From Candidatus Coprovivens sp. (GTDB taxonomy: Bacteria; Bacillota_I; Bacilli_A; RF39; UBA660), in contig JBJFGS010000020.1 of NCBI GenBank assembly GCA_051892935.1, forward strand, positions 1-64,000: 64,000 nucleotides of DNA, in the 5' to 3' direction. The translations under genes were made by a program, and so were the position numbers. The notes beneath the pieces are model-generated. The model made no database searches. It had not been told where the DNA came from and worked only from the letters and a program-made list of their open reading frames with translations. This document shows positions 45,509 through 54,819 of this stretch, in pieces (the first letter of the stretch is position 1; every line of letters starts with the position of its first letter).

Positions 45509-45585
45509 GGGCGATTAGCTCAGTTGGTTAGAGCACCTGCCTTACAAGCAGGGGGTCATAGGTTCGAGTCCTATATCGCCCACCA
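45509..45585 (+). tRNA. tRNA-Val(TAC)
   Basis: CCTGC-CTTACAA-GCAGG; ACCA end. Confidence 0.95.
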
Positions 45586-45593
45586 TTTTTTTT

Positions 45594-45669
45594 GCCGACA
45601 TAGCGTAACTGGCAGCGCAACTGACTTGTAATCAGTAGGTTGGGGGTTCGACTCCCTCTGTCGGCACCA
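45594..45669 (+). tRNA. tRNA-Thr(TGT)
   Basis: ACTGA-CTTGTAA-TCAGT; ACCA end. Confidence 0.95.
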
Positions 45670-45677
45670 TTAATTGT

Positions 45678-45761
45678 GGGAGGATAGCGAAGTGGTCAAA
45701 CGCGGCAGACTGTAAATCTGTTCCTTCGGGTTCCATGGTTCAAATCCATGTCCTCCCACCA
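45678..45761 (+). tRNA. tRNA-Tyr(GTA)
   Basis: GCAGA-CTGTAAA-TCTGT, variable arm, ACCA end. Confidence 0.95.
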
Positions 45762-45770
45762 TTTCTGTAT

Positions 45771-45846
45771 TGCCTTGTAGCCAAGTGGTAAGGCATCAGA
45801 CTTTGACTCTGACATTTCGATGGTTCGAGTCCATCCAAGGCAGCCA
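45771..45846 (+). tRNA. tRNA-Gln(TTG)
   Basis: TCAGA-CTTTGAC-TCTGA; U1 start; GCCA end. Confidence 0.95.
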
Positions 45847-45851
45847 TTCTT

Positions 45852-45927
45852 GTTCCGCTAGCTCAGTCGGTAGAGCATTTGACTTTTAATCAAAGGGTCT
45901 GGAGTTCGAATCTCCAGCGGGACACCA
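45852..45927 (+). tRNA. tRNA-Lys(TTT)
   Basis: TTTGA-CTTTTAA-TCAAA; ACCA end. Confidence 0.95.
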
Positions 45928-45939
45928 TTTTTAAAAAAT

Positions 45940-45961
45940 ACTAGGTTTTTCCTAGTTTTTT
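45940..45961 (+). terminator. Terminator of the Val-Lys tRNA operon
   Basis: ACTAGG-ttttt-CCTAGT followed by a T tract. Confidence 0.7.
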
Positions 45962-45999
45962 ATTTATTTAAAAAAAATTTTGTTTTTGGTAAAAAAAAC

Positions 46000-46028
46000 T
46001 TGCAATTTGCATAAAATAGAGATATAAT
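46000..46028 (+). promoter_or_regulatory. Sigma-A promoter of the Arg-Pro tRNA pair
   Basis: TTGCAA(46000-05)-17 bp-TATAAT(46023-28). Confidence 0.7.
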
Positions 46029-46059
46029 GAGCTTACGTTTATGGAAACGAGCGATTTCT

Positions 46060-46136
46060 GCGCTCATAGCTCAATTGGATAGAGCGTTTGACTACGGATC
46101 AAAAGGTTAGGGGTTCGACTCCCTTTGGGCGCACCA
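46060..46136 (+). tRNA. tRNA-Arg(ACG)
   Basis: TTTGA-CTACGGA-TCAAA; ACCA end. Confidence 0.95.
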
Positions 46137-46142
46137 TTTTAT

Positions 46143-46219
46143 CGAGAAGTAGCACAGCTTGGTAGTGCACTAGTTTTGGGAACTAGGGGTCGCAGGTTCG
46201 AATCCTGTCTTCTCGACCA
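46143..46219 (+). tRNA. tRNA-Pro(TGG)
   Basis: CTAGT-TTTGGGA-ACTAG; ACCA end. Confidence 0.95.
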
Positions 46220-46230
46220 TTTAGTAAATT

Positions 46231-46254
46231 AACAACTCTTAGAGTTGTTTTTTT
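46231..46254 (+). terminator. Terminator after tRNA-Pro
   Basis: AACAACTCT-T-AGAGTTGTT followed by a T tract. Confidence 0.75.
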
Positions 46255-46321
46255 GTTTATTGATTGTGTATAATAGTATGGTACTTTTAAAAAGTTTATT
46301 ATTATGAATTCAGGGATGATT

Positions 46322-48178
46322 ATGTTAGAAAGAATTAATAATGCTAATGATTTAAAAAGGTTAGATATAAAAGAAAAAAAAGAATTAGCTAAAGATATAA
46401 GAAATACTATAATAAATGTTGTTTCTAGTAATGGTGGACATTTAGCTTCTAATTTAGGTGTTGTAGAACTTACTATTGCTTTAGAATCTGTTTTTGATGT
46501 TAATAAAGATAAAATAATATGGGATGTTGGACATCAAAGTTATGTTCATAAAATTCTTAACGGAAGAAAAAATAGTATTAATACATTAAGAAAACTTGAT
46601 GGTATTGCTGGTTTTCCAAAATATCAAGAGTCGGAGACGGATTGCTTTAATACTGGACATTCTAGTACATCAATATCAGCTGCTATGGGAATCGCTAAGG
46701 CAAGAGACTTAAAAAAGGAAAATAAATCTGTTATAGCTGTAATTGGAGATGGTTCTTTAACCGGTGGTATGGCTTTAGAAGCTTTGAATCATGCTGGTAG
46801 TAGTAAGACTAATTTAATAGTAATACTAAATGATAATGAAATGAGTATTTCTAAAAATGTTGGTGGAATTAATCAATTACTTACTAAGTTAAGAATTAAA
46901 AACAAATATAATCGTTCTAATGAAAAGTGGAGACGTAAGTTAAAGAAAGTTCCTATTATAGGAAAAGGTTTAGTTAATTTAATTAGTACTATAAAAAAAG
47001 GTATTAAGCAATTAATAATACCGGGGATGTATTTTGAAGAAATTGGTTTTAAATATTTGGGGCCAGTTGATGGTCATAATATTGAAGATTTGGAAGAAAT
47101 ATTTAGAGCGGCTAAAAAAATAAAAGAACCTATTTTAATACATGTTTTAACTAAGAAAGGTAAAGGTTATAAACCTGCAGAGGAGAATCCTGATAGATTT
47201 CATGGTGCTAGTCCTTTCGATATTGAAACTGGAAAATTTTTGAAGAAGAAGTCAAAAGACTATTCTGCTACCTTTGGTGAAAAACTTTGTAAAATGGCTA
47301 CTAAGAATGAAAAGATTGTTGCTATAACTGCTGCAATGAAGGATGGTACCGGTTTATCTAAATTTGGAGAAAAGTTTCCTGATAGATTATTTGATGTTGG
47401 AATAGCGGAACAACATGCACTTACTTTTGCAGCAGGACTTGCTAAAGAGGGAATGATACCTTTTGTATCTATTTATTCATCTTTTTATCAAAGAGCTTAT
47501 GATCAAGTTATTCATGATGTTTGTATGCAAAATCTACCTGTTATTATGTGTGTTGATAGAGCTGGTATAGTTGGAAATGATGGAGAAACACATCAAGGTT
47601 TATATGATTTATCTTTCTTTAAACTAATACCTAATATTGTTATTATGTCTCCTAAGAATTTTAAAGAACTTGAAGCGATGATGGAATTTGCTATTACATT
47701 AAATAAACCTGTTGTAATTAGATATCCTAGAGGTGGAGAAAGTTCTAATTTAGTAGATACTGTAAAAGAATTGAATTTGGGAAAATGTGAAAAGATTACT
47801 ATAGGTAGAGATGTTACGATTGTTGCTATTGGGAATATGGTTTCTAAAGCATTGGAAATAGCTGAAAAATTAAAAGAATATAAGATTAGTGTAGAAGTTA
47901 TTAATAGTAGATTTTTAAAACCATTAGATAATTTTGGTATTTTAAAAAGTATTAATAAAACAAAGTTTGTTATTACTATTGAAGACGGAACTTGTATTGG
48001 TGGTTTAAGCTCTAGTATAAAGGAGCTGTTAATTGATAATAAGATTAATGGTGTAAAAATAAAATCTTATTGTTATCCTGATAAATTTATTGAACATGGT
48101 GGTGTAAGTCAACTAGAGGATAGATATGGATTTAATGCTGATGATATAGTTCAGTATATAAAAGAAAACTTAAAGTAG
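46322..48178 (+). CDS. dxs: 1-deoxy-D-xylulose-5-phosphate synthase
   Basis: GGHLASNLGVVEL, WDVGHQ, GDGSLTGG, DVGIAEQHA, DRAGIVG.DG.THQG and IRYPRG motifs. Confidence 0.97.
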   Translation: MLERINNANDLKRLDIKEKKELAKDIRNTIINVVSSNGGHLASNLGVVELTIALESVFDVNKDKIIWDVGHQSYVHKILNGRKNSINTLRKLDGIAGFPKYQESETDCFNTGHSSTSISAAMGIAKARDLKKENKSVIAVIGDGSLTGGMALEALNHAGSSKTNLIVILNDNEMSISKNVGGINQLLTKLRIKNKYNRSNEKWRRKLKKVPIIGKGLVNLISTIKKGIKQLIIPGMYFEEIGFKYLGPVDGHNIEDLEEIFRAAKKIKEPILIHVLTKKGKGYKPAEENPDRFHGASPFDIETGKFLKKKSKDYSATFGEKLCKMATKNEKIVAITAAMKDGTGLSKFGEKFPDRLFDVGIAEQHALTFAAGLAKEGMIPFVSIYSSFYQRAYDQVIHDVCMQNLPVIMCVDRAGIVGNDGETHQGLYDLSFFKLIPNIVIMSPKNFKELEAMMEFAITLNKPVVIRYPRGGESSNLVDTVKELNLGKCEKITIGRDVTIVAIGNMVSKALEIAEKLKEYKISVEVINSRFLKPLDNFGILKSINKTKFVITIEDGTCIGGLSSSIKELLIDNKINGVKIKSYCYPDKFIEHGGVSQLEDRYGFNADDIVQYIKENLK

Positions 48179-48239
48179 TTTTCTTTTTTATGAGTAGTAT
48201 TAATTTGCTTAATTATGTATAATTATTTTAGGTGATTAA

Positions 48240-48461
48240 ATGAAAAAGATACTAATTAAAATAATTGAATTGTATCAAGTAACACCTTTACATTGCCATT
48301 CATTGTGCAGATATAGTCCTACTTGTTCAGAGTATATGAAAGAAGCAATTATTAGGTATGGTTCTATAAAAGGTATATGGTTGGGAATAAAAAGAATACT
48401 TAGATGTAATCCTTTTGGAGGATATGGGTATGATCCTGTACCAGAAAAAAAGAAAATATAA
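48240..48461 (+). CDS. yidD: Membrane protein insertion efficiency factor YidD
   Basis: [10 protein letters not shown]...[14 protein letters not shown]. Confidence 0.93.
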   Translation: MKKILIKIIELYQVTPLHCHSLCRYSPTCSEYMKEAIIRYGSIKGIWLGIKRILRCNPFGGYGYDPVPEKKKI

Positions 48462-48493
48462 TAAAATGATGTTATAATAATAGTGGTGATAGT

Positions 48494-49123
48494 ATGAAAA
48501 ATAAAATATTGAATAATTTGTCTTTTATAGTCATAGTAATAACTTTGGTAGTAATTTGTATATTTAAAGATAGTGGAAGAATTATGTTGTATACTGCTGG
48601 AGTTGGAATTACTGTTTATGGGATGTTAATTAGTTTATTGAGAAATAGGTATGGAGCAGTTTCTTTAGGAGTTGGTTTTAGTTTACTTATTTCTATGTTA
48701 ATTTATGATAATAAAATACTGAATAGGGTTGATTCTATTACGTTCTTTATTTGTTTAACTTTATCTATTGTTATCGTTATTGCTTATATATTTATGTTTT
48801 TTGAAGAAAAAAATATAAAGAAGAAATATGATTTAGAGATTGAAGCGGAAGTAGTTGATTTAGAAAAAAATCTTAATACTAAAAAAGAATATTATAGACC
48901 TATATATATGTATTGTATTGATGAAGTAGAATATCGTGTTATGTTGCCTTATTATTTAGATAAGAATTTTCCTAAAATAGGAGATAAGATTAAATTACAT
49001 ATTGATTCTAAAGATTATGCTGATGTTTATTTTAAAAGAAATTTAATTAATGAAATACGTTATTGGGGATCAGGACTTATTTTACTTCTGATTTCTATTG
49101 TGATAATTATTTCTTTGTTTTAG
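48494..49123 (+). CDS. Membrane protein with a DUF3592-like OB domain
   Basis: 4 TMs; EAEVVD..YYRPIY.Y...KIGDKI.L..D; C-terminal TM. Confidence 0.65.
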   Translation: MKNKILNNLSFIVIVITLVVICIFKDSGRIMLYTAGVGITVYGMLISLLRNRYGAVSLGVGFSLLISMLIYDNKILNRVDSITFFICLTLSIVIVIAYIFMFFEEKNIKKKYDLEIEAEVVDLEKNLNTKKEYYRPIYMYCIDEVEYRVMLPYYLDKNFPKIGDKIKLHIDSKDYADVYFKRNLINEIRYWGSGLILLLISIVIIISLF

Positions 49124-49132
49124 GGAGAATTT

Positions 49133-49639
49133 ATGAAAGAATTATTGTTACTTAAAGATAGAGTAGATAATTTATATAAAAAAGGCGTTGATGGAGAACA
49201 AGATGTTTTTGATGAATTAGATTATTTGATATTGTCTATTTTAAAATATGATGATTTATCTATGTATAGTGATGAGGAAACTGAACAAATTACTTCTATG
49301 ATGGATTTATTTATAGAAAAGATTAATCTAATATATGATTTACTGGAAGTTAATAGAGATAATTTATTGACAATTAGTAAGCTAAAAGAGGAATTGTCAA
49401 AGTTAGAAATGAAAAGGTTTAATATAGTTAACAATTATGTAATGGGGATAGTAACTATAGATGATATAAATTCTTTTAAAAATGAATTATTTAGTTTTAG
49501 AGATAAGTTATATGCTATACTAATTAGTGATAACAACTTATTAGAAATTGCTAAAATGAAAAGTAAAGTTCAGCATTTTAATACGGAAGTTTTGGAAGAT
49601 GAAGATATATTAAAACAAGCTTATGATAATAAAAGTTAG
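49133..49639 (+). CDS. Hypothetical helical protein
   Basis: 168-aa ORF with a GGGAGA RBS. Confidence 0.65.
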   Translation: MKELLLLKDRVDNLYKKGVDGEQDVFDELDYLILSILKYDDLSMYSDEETEQITSMMDLFIEKINLIYDLLEVNRDNLLTISKLKEELSKLEMKRFNIVNNYVMGIVTIDDINSFKNELFSFRDKLYAILISDNNLLEIAKMKSKVQHFNTEVLEDEDILKQAYDNKS

Positions 49640-49737
49640 CTATATAGAAAAGTTATATCAGAATAATTTTTCTTTTTTTTTGCCATAATAATGGTATAAT
49701 TAACACATTCCCTTTTCAAGAAAGTAGTGAAATTTTT

Positions 49738-51003
49738 ATGAAAAAGAGATATTTAGTAGTTATCTTACTATTATTTAGTAGTATGTTAAATGCTAAAGCA
49801 TTAACAATGGGTGACTGCGAAGTATTAGCTTCATATAAACTATATTCTAGTTTGGATGAAGAAAATTATATTTGTAAGGGTAAAGAGTTTGGTAGTAGCA
49901 TGGATGCTATTTATTATTCAGGTAAGGGTAGTACGATAAACCTAAATAATTTAGATGCTTACTATTTAACTAATTGGGAAGAATATGATGTAACTTTGAA
50001 TATAAGTGGAACTAACAATATTTCATTGTTACATATAAGTGATTCTAAGTTTAAAGTAAAGGGTAGTGGATCTTTAAAATTTAAACAAAATTCTTTTGTA
50101 AAAAAAGTTGTAAATGGACAACCTGTTTATCAATATGTTTATAATGGTAAAATGGTATTAAATAGTGACAAAAAAATATATGAGGGAATGACATTAGAAT
50201 TTGAAGAAAACTATGAATTGCTAAAAAAAATTAATAATTTACCAGACAAATATAATTTGGAAGATTATGTATTAGTACAAGCTATTGACTATACAAAGAT
50301 GACATCAGTAGTAGTTACTGAATCTTGGATAGAAAATCATATTGATACAGATCTTAGTATTTCTATAGAAGATGGCTTTGGAATAGTTAAATATTTAGAG
50401 CAATCTAATGTAGAAGAAGCACCAGAAACAACAGGGAAAGAAGCAGAGGAAAAGAATAATCAGTTAACTACTGATAACGTTATTCTAATTTCGGATAAAA
50501 AAGTAAATAAAAAATATGAATTAAAAGAAGAAAATTTAAAAGATCAAGAAGTTGCTAATAAAGTTTCAGAAAAAATTGAAAAAGATTTAGTAAGTTTCTA
50601 TGATGTTAGTGTATATAATGGTAAAAAGCAAGTATCTATGAAAAATGGTAAATACACTATAAAAATTAAATTAGATAGTGATGTAGATAAATATGAAAAC
50701 TACCAAATTATCTATGTTAATGATAATGGTGAAATAGAAGAATATATTGATGGCTATATTGAAGAAGGTTATATAGTATTTGAGACTTCCCATCTTAGTC
50801 AATATGGTGTTATAGCTAGTCCGATTAAAGTTGATTCGACTACGATAGAAGATATAGTTGAATCTAATAAAAGTGAAAAGCTTGGTAATATATTTAAAAT
50901 ATCTATTTTAGTGATCTTTATATTAGGTGCTATTCTTTTGTTAACATTCGTAATAATAAAAAGTGGAATGTTGAATCAAAAGAAGAAAAGAAAAAAAGCT
51001 TAA
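49738..51003 (+). CDS. Surface protein with signal peptide, juxtamembrane beta domain ending FETSHLSQY, and C-terminal TM
   Basis: Signal peptide AKA|L; YDVSV...Y.I.I....IYV...FETSHLSQYGV; TM followed by a poly-K tail. Confidence 0.75.
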   Translation: MKKRYLVVILLLFSSMLNAKALTMGDCEVLASYKLYSSLDEENYICKGKEFGSSMDAIYYSGKGSTINLNNLDAYYLTNWEEYDVTLNISGTNNISLLHISDSKFKVKGSGSLKFKQNSFVKKVVNGQPVYQYVYNGKMVLNSDKKIYEGMTLEFEENYELLKKINNLPDKYNLEDYVLVQAIDYTKMTSVVVTESWIENHIDTDLSISIEDGFGIVKYLEQSNVEEAPETTGKEAEEKNNQLTTDNVILISDKKVNKKYELKEENLKDQEVANKVSEKIEKDLVSFYDVSVYNGKKQVSMKNGKYTIKIKLDSDVDKYENYQIIYVNDNGEIEEYIDGYIEEGYIVFETSHLSQYGVIASPIKVDSTTIEDIVESNKSEKLGNIFKISILVIFILGAILLLTFVIIKSGMLNQKKKRKKA

Positions 51004-51047
51004 TGCTTTTTTTTTAATTTTTTTGATATAATGATATTGGTGGTAGT

Positions 51048-51299
51048 GTGTATTATTATATCTTTGTAATTAATGCTATGAGTTTTATTTATTATGGAAT
51101 TGATAAAATTTTAGCTATATTAAAGAAAAGAAGAATAAGTGAAAAAGGGTTGTTTTTTTTATCTTTAATAGGTGGAGCTTTAGGTTGTTTATTAGGAATG
51201 CTCTTTTTTAGACATAAAATAAAGAAAATAAAGTTTTATTTATGGAATATAGTTATGTTATTAGTTTGGGGATATATAATACTAAAATATGTTTTTTAG
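51048..51299 (+). CDS. DUF1294 membrane protein
   Basis: YGIDK..A....RRISE..L...GGALG...FRHK. Confidence 0.88.
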   Translation: MYYYIFVINAMSFIYYGIDKILAILKKRRISEKGLFFLSLIGGALGCLLGMLFFRHKIKKIKFYLWNIVMLLVWGYIILKYVF

Positions 51300-51310
51300 G
51301 AGGTAATATT

Positions 51311-51652
51311 ATGGAAATGATTGTTCATTTACATCCAGATGTATTTGAGATAGTAAAGAATAAAACAAAGGATATTGAAGTAAGAGTAAATGATGAAAAA
51401 AGAAGAAAATTAAAAATTGGAGATACTTTGGTTTTTTTAAAAAGGCCAAATGATGATGAAGAAATACGTGCTAAGGTTATTGGATTAGAGTATTATAACT
51501 ATTTTGATGATTTAGTTGAGAACTATGATATGGAGAGAATTTATTTAAGTAATTATACTAAAGAAGAGTATTTAAATGAAATGAAAAGATTCTATACTCG
51601 TGAAGATCAGGAAAAATATGGTGTAGTTGCTATTATATTTAGTAAAGAATAA
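51311..51652 (+). CDS. ASCH-domain protein
   Basis: FEIVKNKTKDIEVRVNDEKRRKLKIGD...EKYGVVAI; GGAGG RBS before ATG 51311. Confidence 0.88.
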   Translation: MEMIVHLHPDVFEIVKNKTKDIEVRVNDEKRRKLKIGDTLVFLKRPNDDEEIRAKVIGLEYYNYFDDLVENYDMERIYLSNYTKEEYLNEMKRFYTREDQEKYGVVAIIFSKE

Positions 51653-51693
51653 ATAAACAAAGTATGTTAAAATAAGAGTTGTGGAGGAATATT

Positions 51694-52449
51694 ATGATTT
51701 ATTCGTTGAAAATTCTATTTTTGTTGTTTGTTATTTATTCATTTGCTGGTTGGTGTATGGAGATGGTTGTTTGCTATTTTTCAACTAAGAAATGGGTGAA
51801 TAGAGGTTTTTTAATTGGACCTATATGTCCAATATATGGTTTGGGATGTTTACTTATTATATTGCTTTTAAATAAGTATTTAGATGATCCGTTAGTATTG
51901 TTTGTAATGGCTATGTTAGTTTGTTCTTTATTGGAGTATTTTACTAGTTATATTATGGAAAAGATGTTTAAAGCAAGATGGTGGGATTATAGTGATAAAA
52001 AATATAATATAAATGGAAGAATATGTTTGGATAATGTATTTGCATTTGGTATTCTTGGCTTAGCTATAATGTATATTATAAATCCTTTTGTGGTATCTTT
52101 AATAGGTAAGTTGAATAATACTTTTTTAAGTATTCTTTCATTAATTATTTTAGTTGTTCTATTAGTAGATATGGTGGTTTCTTTAAAAGTAATTAGTGGT
52201 TTTAAAAATGTTGCTAAATCAATTCATAAGGATAGTACTGAAGAAATAACTAAGAAGGTTAGAGAGATACTTAATAAGAGAGGTATTCTATATAAAAGAC
52301 TTGTTTCAGCTTTTGACTTTGAAGCTAGTGAAAAGTTAATTAAAGATATAAAGAAAAAGGTTAAAGATGTGGCTGAAGATATATCTGTTTATATAGCTAA
52401 TGATAAAAAGAATAAAGAGAAAAGAAAAAGTTATAAAAAGTCGAAATAG
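51694..52449 (+). CDS. Putative ABC-transporter permease (CmpB/DUF1113 family)
   Basis: YSFAGW..E, NRGFLIGPICPIYG and WWDYS...NINGRIC motifs. Confidence 0.88.
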   Translation: MIYSLKILFLLFVIYSFAGWCMEMVVCYFSTKKWVNRGFLIGPICPIYGLGCLLIILLLNKYLDDPLVLFVMAMLVCSLLEYFTSYIMEKMFKARWWDYSDKKYNINGRICLDNVFAFGILGLAIMYIINPFVVSLIGKLNNTFLSILSLIILVVLLVDMVVSLKVISGFKNVAKSIHKDSTEEITKKVREILNKRGILYKRLVSAFDFEASEKLIKDIKKKVKDVAEDISVYIANDKKNKEKRKSYKKSK

Positions 52450-52494
52450 GTTTTTGAAAACCTTTATGATGAATATAGATTGAATTTGAAGTAG

Positions 52495-53529
52495 ATGGTA
52501 TTGATGTTTAGAAAAAAAAATAAGAGTGTTTTTGATAAAATTAATGATTGTCTAATTAAGCATGGACATGAATTAGTTATGTCTATATATTTAAATAATT
52601 ATAATGGTAATAATATTTATATAAGATTTGATTATGTAAAAGAACTTTCTGTATATAAAGTGGTTTGGGTAGATTTGAATTTTTTTAACGAGAAGAATAT
52701 TGAAAAGTATATTAATGTACAAATGCTTACTAAATATTTATCTTTAAGAATTGTTGAAGAGTTAAATAAAATAAAAGATGATGGCGGCTTTGTAAATGAT
52801 GATAAGATTTTAGGAGATAGAGTAGAAGTATTAACTTATTTTACTGATAATCAAAAAGAGTTTGTATTTGATAGATTCTTGCCTCTAGAATGGAAATTTT
52901 TAATTGAACCACTGGCTTTAGTGTTTTCTTATTTACCTAGAAGTATGGAAGTGTTTTTAAATGAAATATTTGCTAAGTTTGATGGAACTGAAGAAAGTTT
53001 TAATTATATAAAACCTGTTAAGTTTGATTTATTAAATGGAAATCTTAGTGATGTTTTCAAGAAAAATATAATGAAAAGAGGAGAAGAGTATTTTAATGAA
53101 GGAAAGGTTACTTTTTTAGAAAAAGTAGAAGATAAATATTTTGCTATTGTTAGAAATGATGAATGTGTTCCTTATTTAGTAATATTACATCAAGTAAATG
53201 ATGATTTTGTGGTTATGTGGTGTAGTTGTAAGTGTAATTATTATTGTAAACATATTTATGCTGTTTTAAGAGCTTTAAGAGAAAAAAAATTTAATAATTT
53301 TTATAAAGTAAAATATACTGGTCGTGAGGAGACATTACTTGAAAAGGTTACAATTAGTAATTATCAGTTGTGTTTTGGAGTAGATGAAGATAAGTTATTG
53401 CTAATATCAAGTGATGGAGCTATTTATCCTGCTGATATTGTAAAAAATGGAAAAGTAGTTTTTGAAGTAATTGAAGATGATGATGAATGTAGCTTATCAG
53501 AATTTATAAATAAATATAAAATGAAATAA
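52495..53529 (+). CDS. SWIM zinc-finger protein
   Basis: RGEEYF.EGKV and CSC......CKHIYAV. Confidence 0.75.
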   Translation: MVLMFRKKNKSVFDKINDCLIKHGHELVMSIYLNNYNGNNIYIRFDYVKELSVYKVVWVDLNFFNEKNIEKYINVQMLTKYLSLRIVEELNKIKDDGGFVNDDKILGDRVEVLTYFTDNQKEFVFDRFLPLEWKFLIEPLALVFSYLPRSMEVFLNEIFAKFDGTEESFNYIKPVKFDLLNGNLSDVFKKNIMKRGEEYFNEGKVTFLEKVEDKYFAIVRNDECVPYLVILHQVNDDFVVMWCSCKCNYYCKHIYAVLRALREKKFNNFYKVKYTGREETLLEKVTISNYQLCFGVDEDKLLLISSDGAIYPADIVKNGKVVFEVIEDDDECSLSEFINKYKMK

Positions 53530-53581
53530 AGTATTAGTGATAATACTTTTTTTCATGATATAATTAATTATAGGTGATCTT

Positions 53582-54106
53582 ATGCATAAGTTTAATGAGA
53601 TATCTAAATTGGTAAGAAAAAATAGTGAAGAAAAAGTTGAACATGCAATATTTGGTCAATATACAAATCATACGTGGCTTGCTTTTTCATGTTTTTTGAT
53701 TGTTTATTATTTTTCTTTATCTTTTATTAGGATAATTGGTTTAAGGATTTGGATGATTATATTTGTTATTACGTTTTTATTGTATTTTATTTACCTTGTT
53801 ACAAGGAATGTCGGTTTAGGCATTACTAAGAATAGATTTATTTATGTCATATTTAGACATTTTGGCTATAAGGAAAAAAAAGTATTTGAGATACCTTATG
53901 ATAAAATTAAATATATAGATGTAAAAAAAGTTTTTTTTAATATATTTGTAAAAGTTTCTTTTATTAGTGAAGTTGGAAAATTGGAAAAGATTAAATTTAA
54001 TTTTAGAACAAGTCTTATTGGTAGCGAAAATTTTAGAAATGATAGTAAATCTATATATGATAAATTAGTCGAAGTGCAAAAGATAGTAGATAAGGGTGAT
54101 TTTTAG
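53582..54106 (+). CDS. Two-TM protein with a PH-like C-terminal domain
   Basis: 2 TMs followed by LGITKNRFI...IPYDKIK.I. Confidence 0.6.
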   Translation: MHKFNEISKLVRKNSEEKVEHAIFGQYTNHTWLAFSCFLIVYYFSLSFIRIIGLRIWMIIFVITFLLYFIYLVTRNVGLGITKNRFIYVIFRHFGYKEKKVFEIPYDKIKYIDVKKVFFNIFVKVSFISEVGKLEKIKFNFRTSLIGSENFRNDSKSIYDKLVEVQKIVDKGDF

Positions 54107-54819
54107 TGTTGCAAATAAAAAACTATAGTTTAGAGTATTTCACAGGTAAAAGAGTTATTAACAATCTTAATTTATCTGTAAGAGAAGGAGATATTTATGC
54201 TTTTGTTGGAAGAAATGGCGTAGGTAAAACAACTACAATAAAATCTATTGTAGGTATTAATCATATTACTGAGGGAGATATCTTATTAGACAAAGTAAGT
54301 ATACTTAAAGATCCAATAAAGTATAAAAGTATGATTGCTTATATTCCAGATAATCCTATTTTATATGAACATTTGACAGGTATACAATACTTAAATTTTG
54401 TTGCAGATATGTTTGAATTAACTTATAAAGAAAGAGAAAAAGCTATAAAAGAATATGCTATGAAATTTGAATTATTTGATGATTTAAATGATTTGATAAG
54501 CAGTTATTCACATGGTATGAAACAGAAACTTGTTCTTATTGGGGCGTTTATACACAATCCTAAGTTATATGTTCTTGATGAGCCTTTTGTTGGATTGGAT
54601 CCTAAAGCTTCTTTTACGCTGAAAGAAATTCTTAGAGAAAAGGCAAAGGAAGGGAAGATTATTTTCTTTTCAACTCATGTTCTTGATGTAGCGGAGAAAT
54701 TATGTAATAGAATAGCAATAATAAAAGATGGTAAATTAATAGTTGATGGGGATATGAACAGAATAATAAAAGATAAATCTTTGGAAGAAATTTTTATGGA
54801 GTTGGTAGTAGATGAATAA
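54106..54819 (+). CDS. ABC-2 exporter ATP-binding subunit
   Basis: GRNGVGKTT, YSHGMKQK, LDEP and STH motifs. Confidence 0.93.
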   Translation: MLQIKNYSLEYFTGKRVINNLNLSVREGDIYAFVGRNGVGKTTTIKSIVGINHITEGDILLDKVSILKDPIKYKSMIAYIPDNPILYEHLTGIQYLNFVADMFELTYKEREKAIKEYAMKFELFDDLNDLISSYSHGMKQKLVLIGAFIHNPKLYVLDEPFVGLDPKASFTLKEILREKAKEGKIIFFSTHVLDVAEKLCNRIAIIKDGKLIVDGDMNRIIKDKSLEEIFMELVVDE

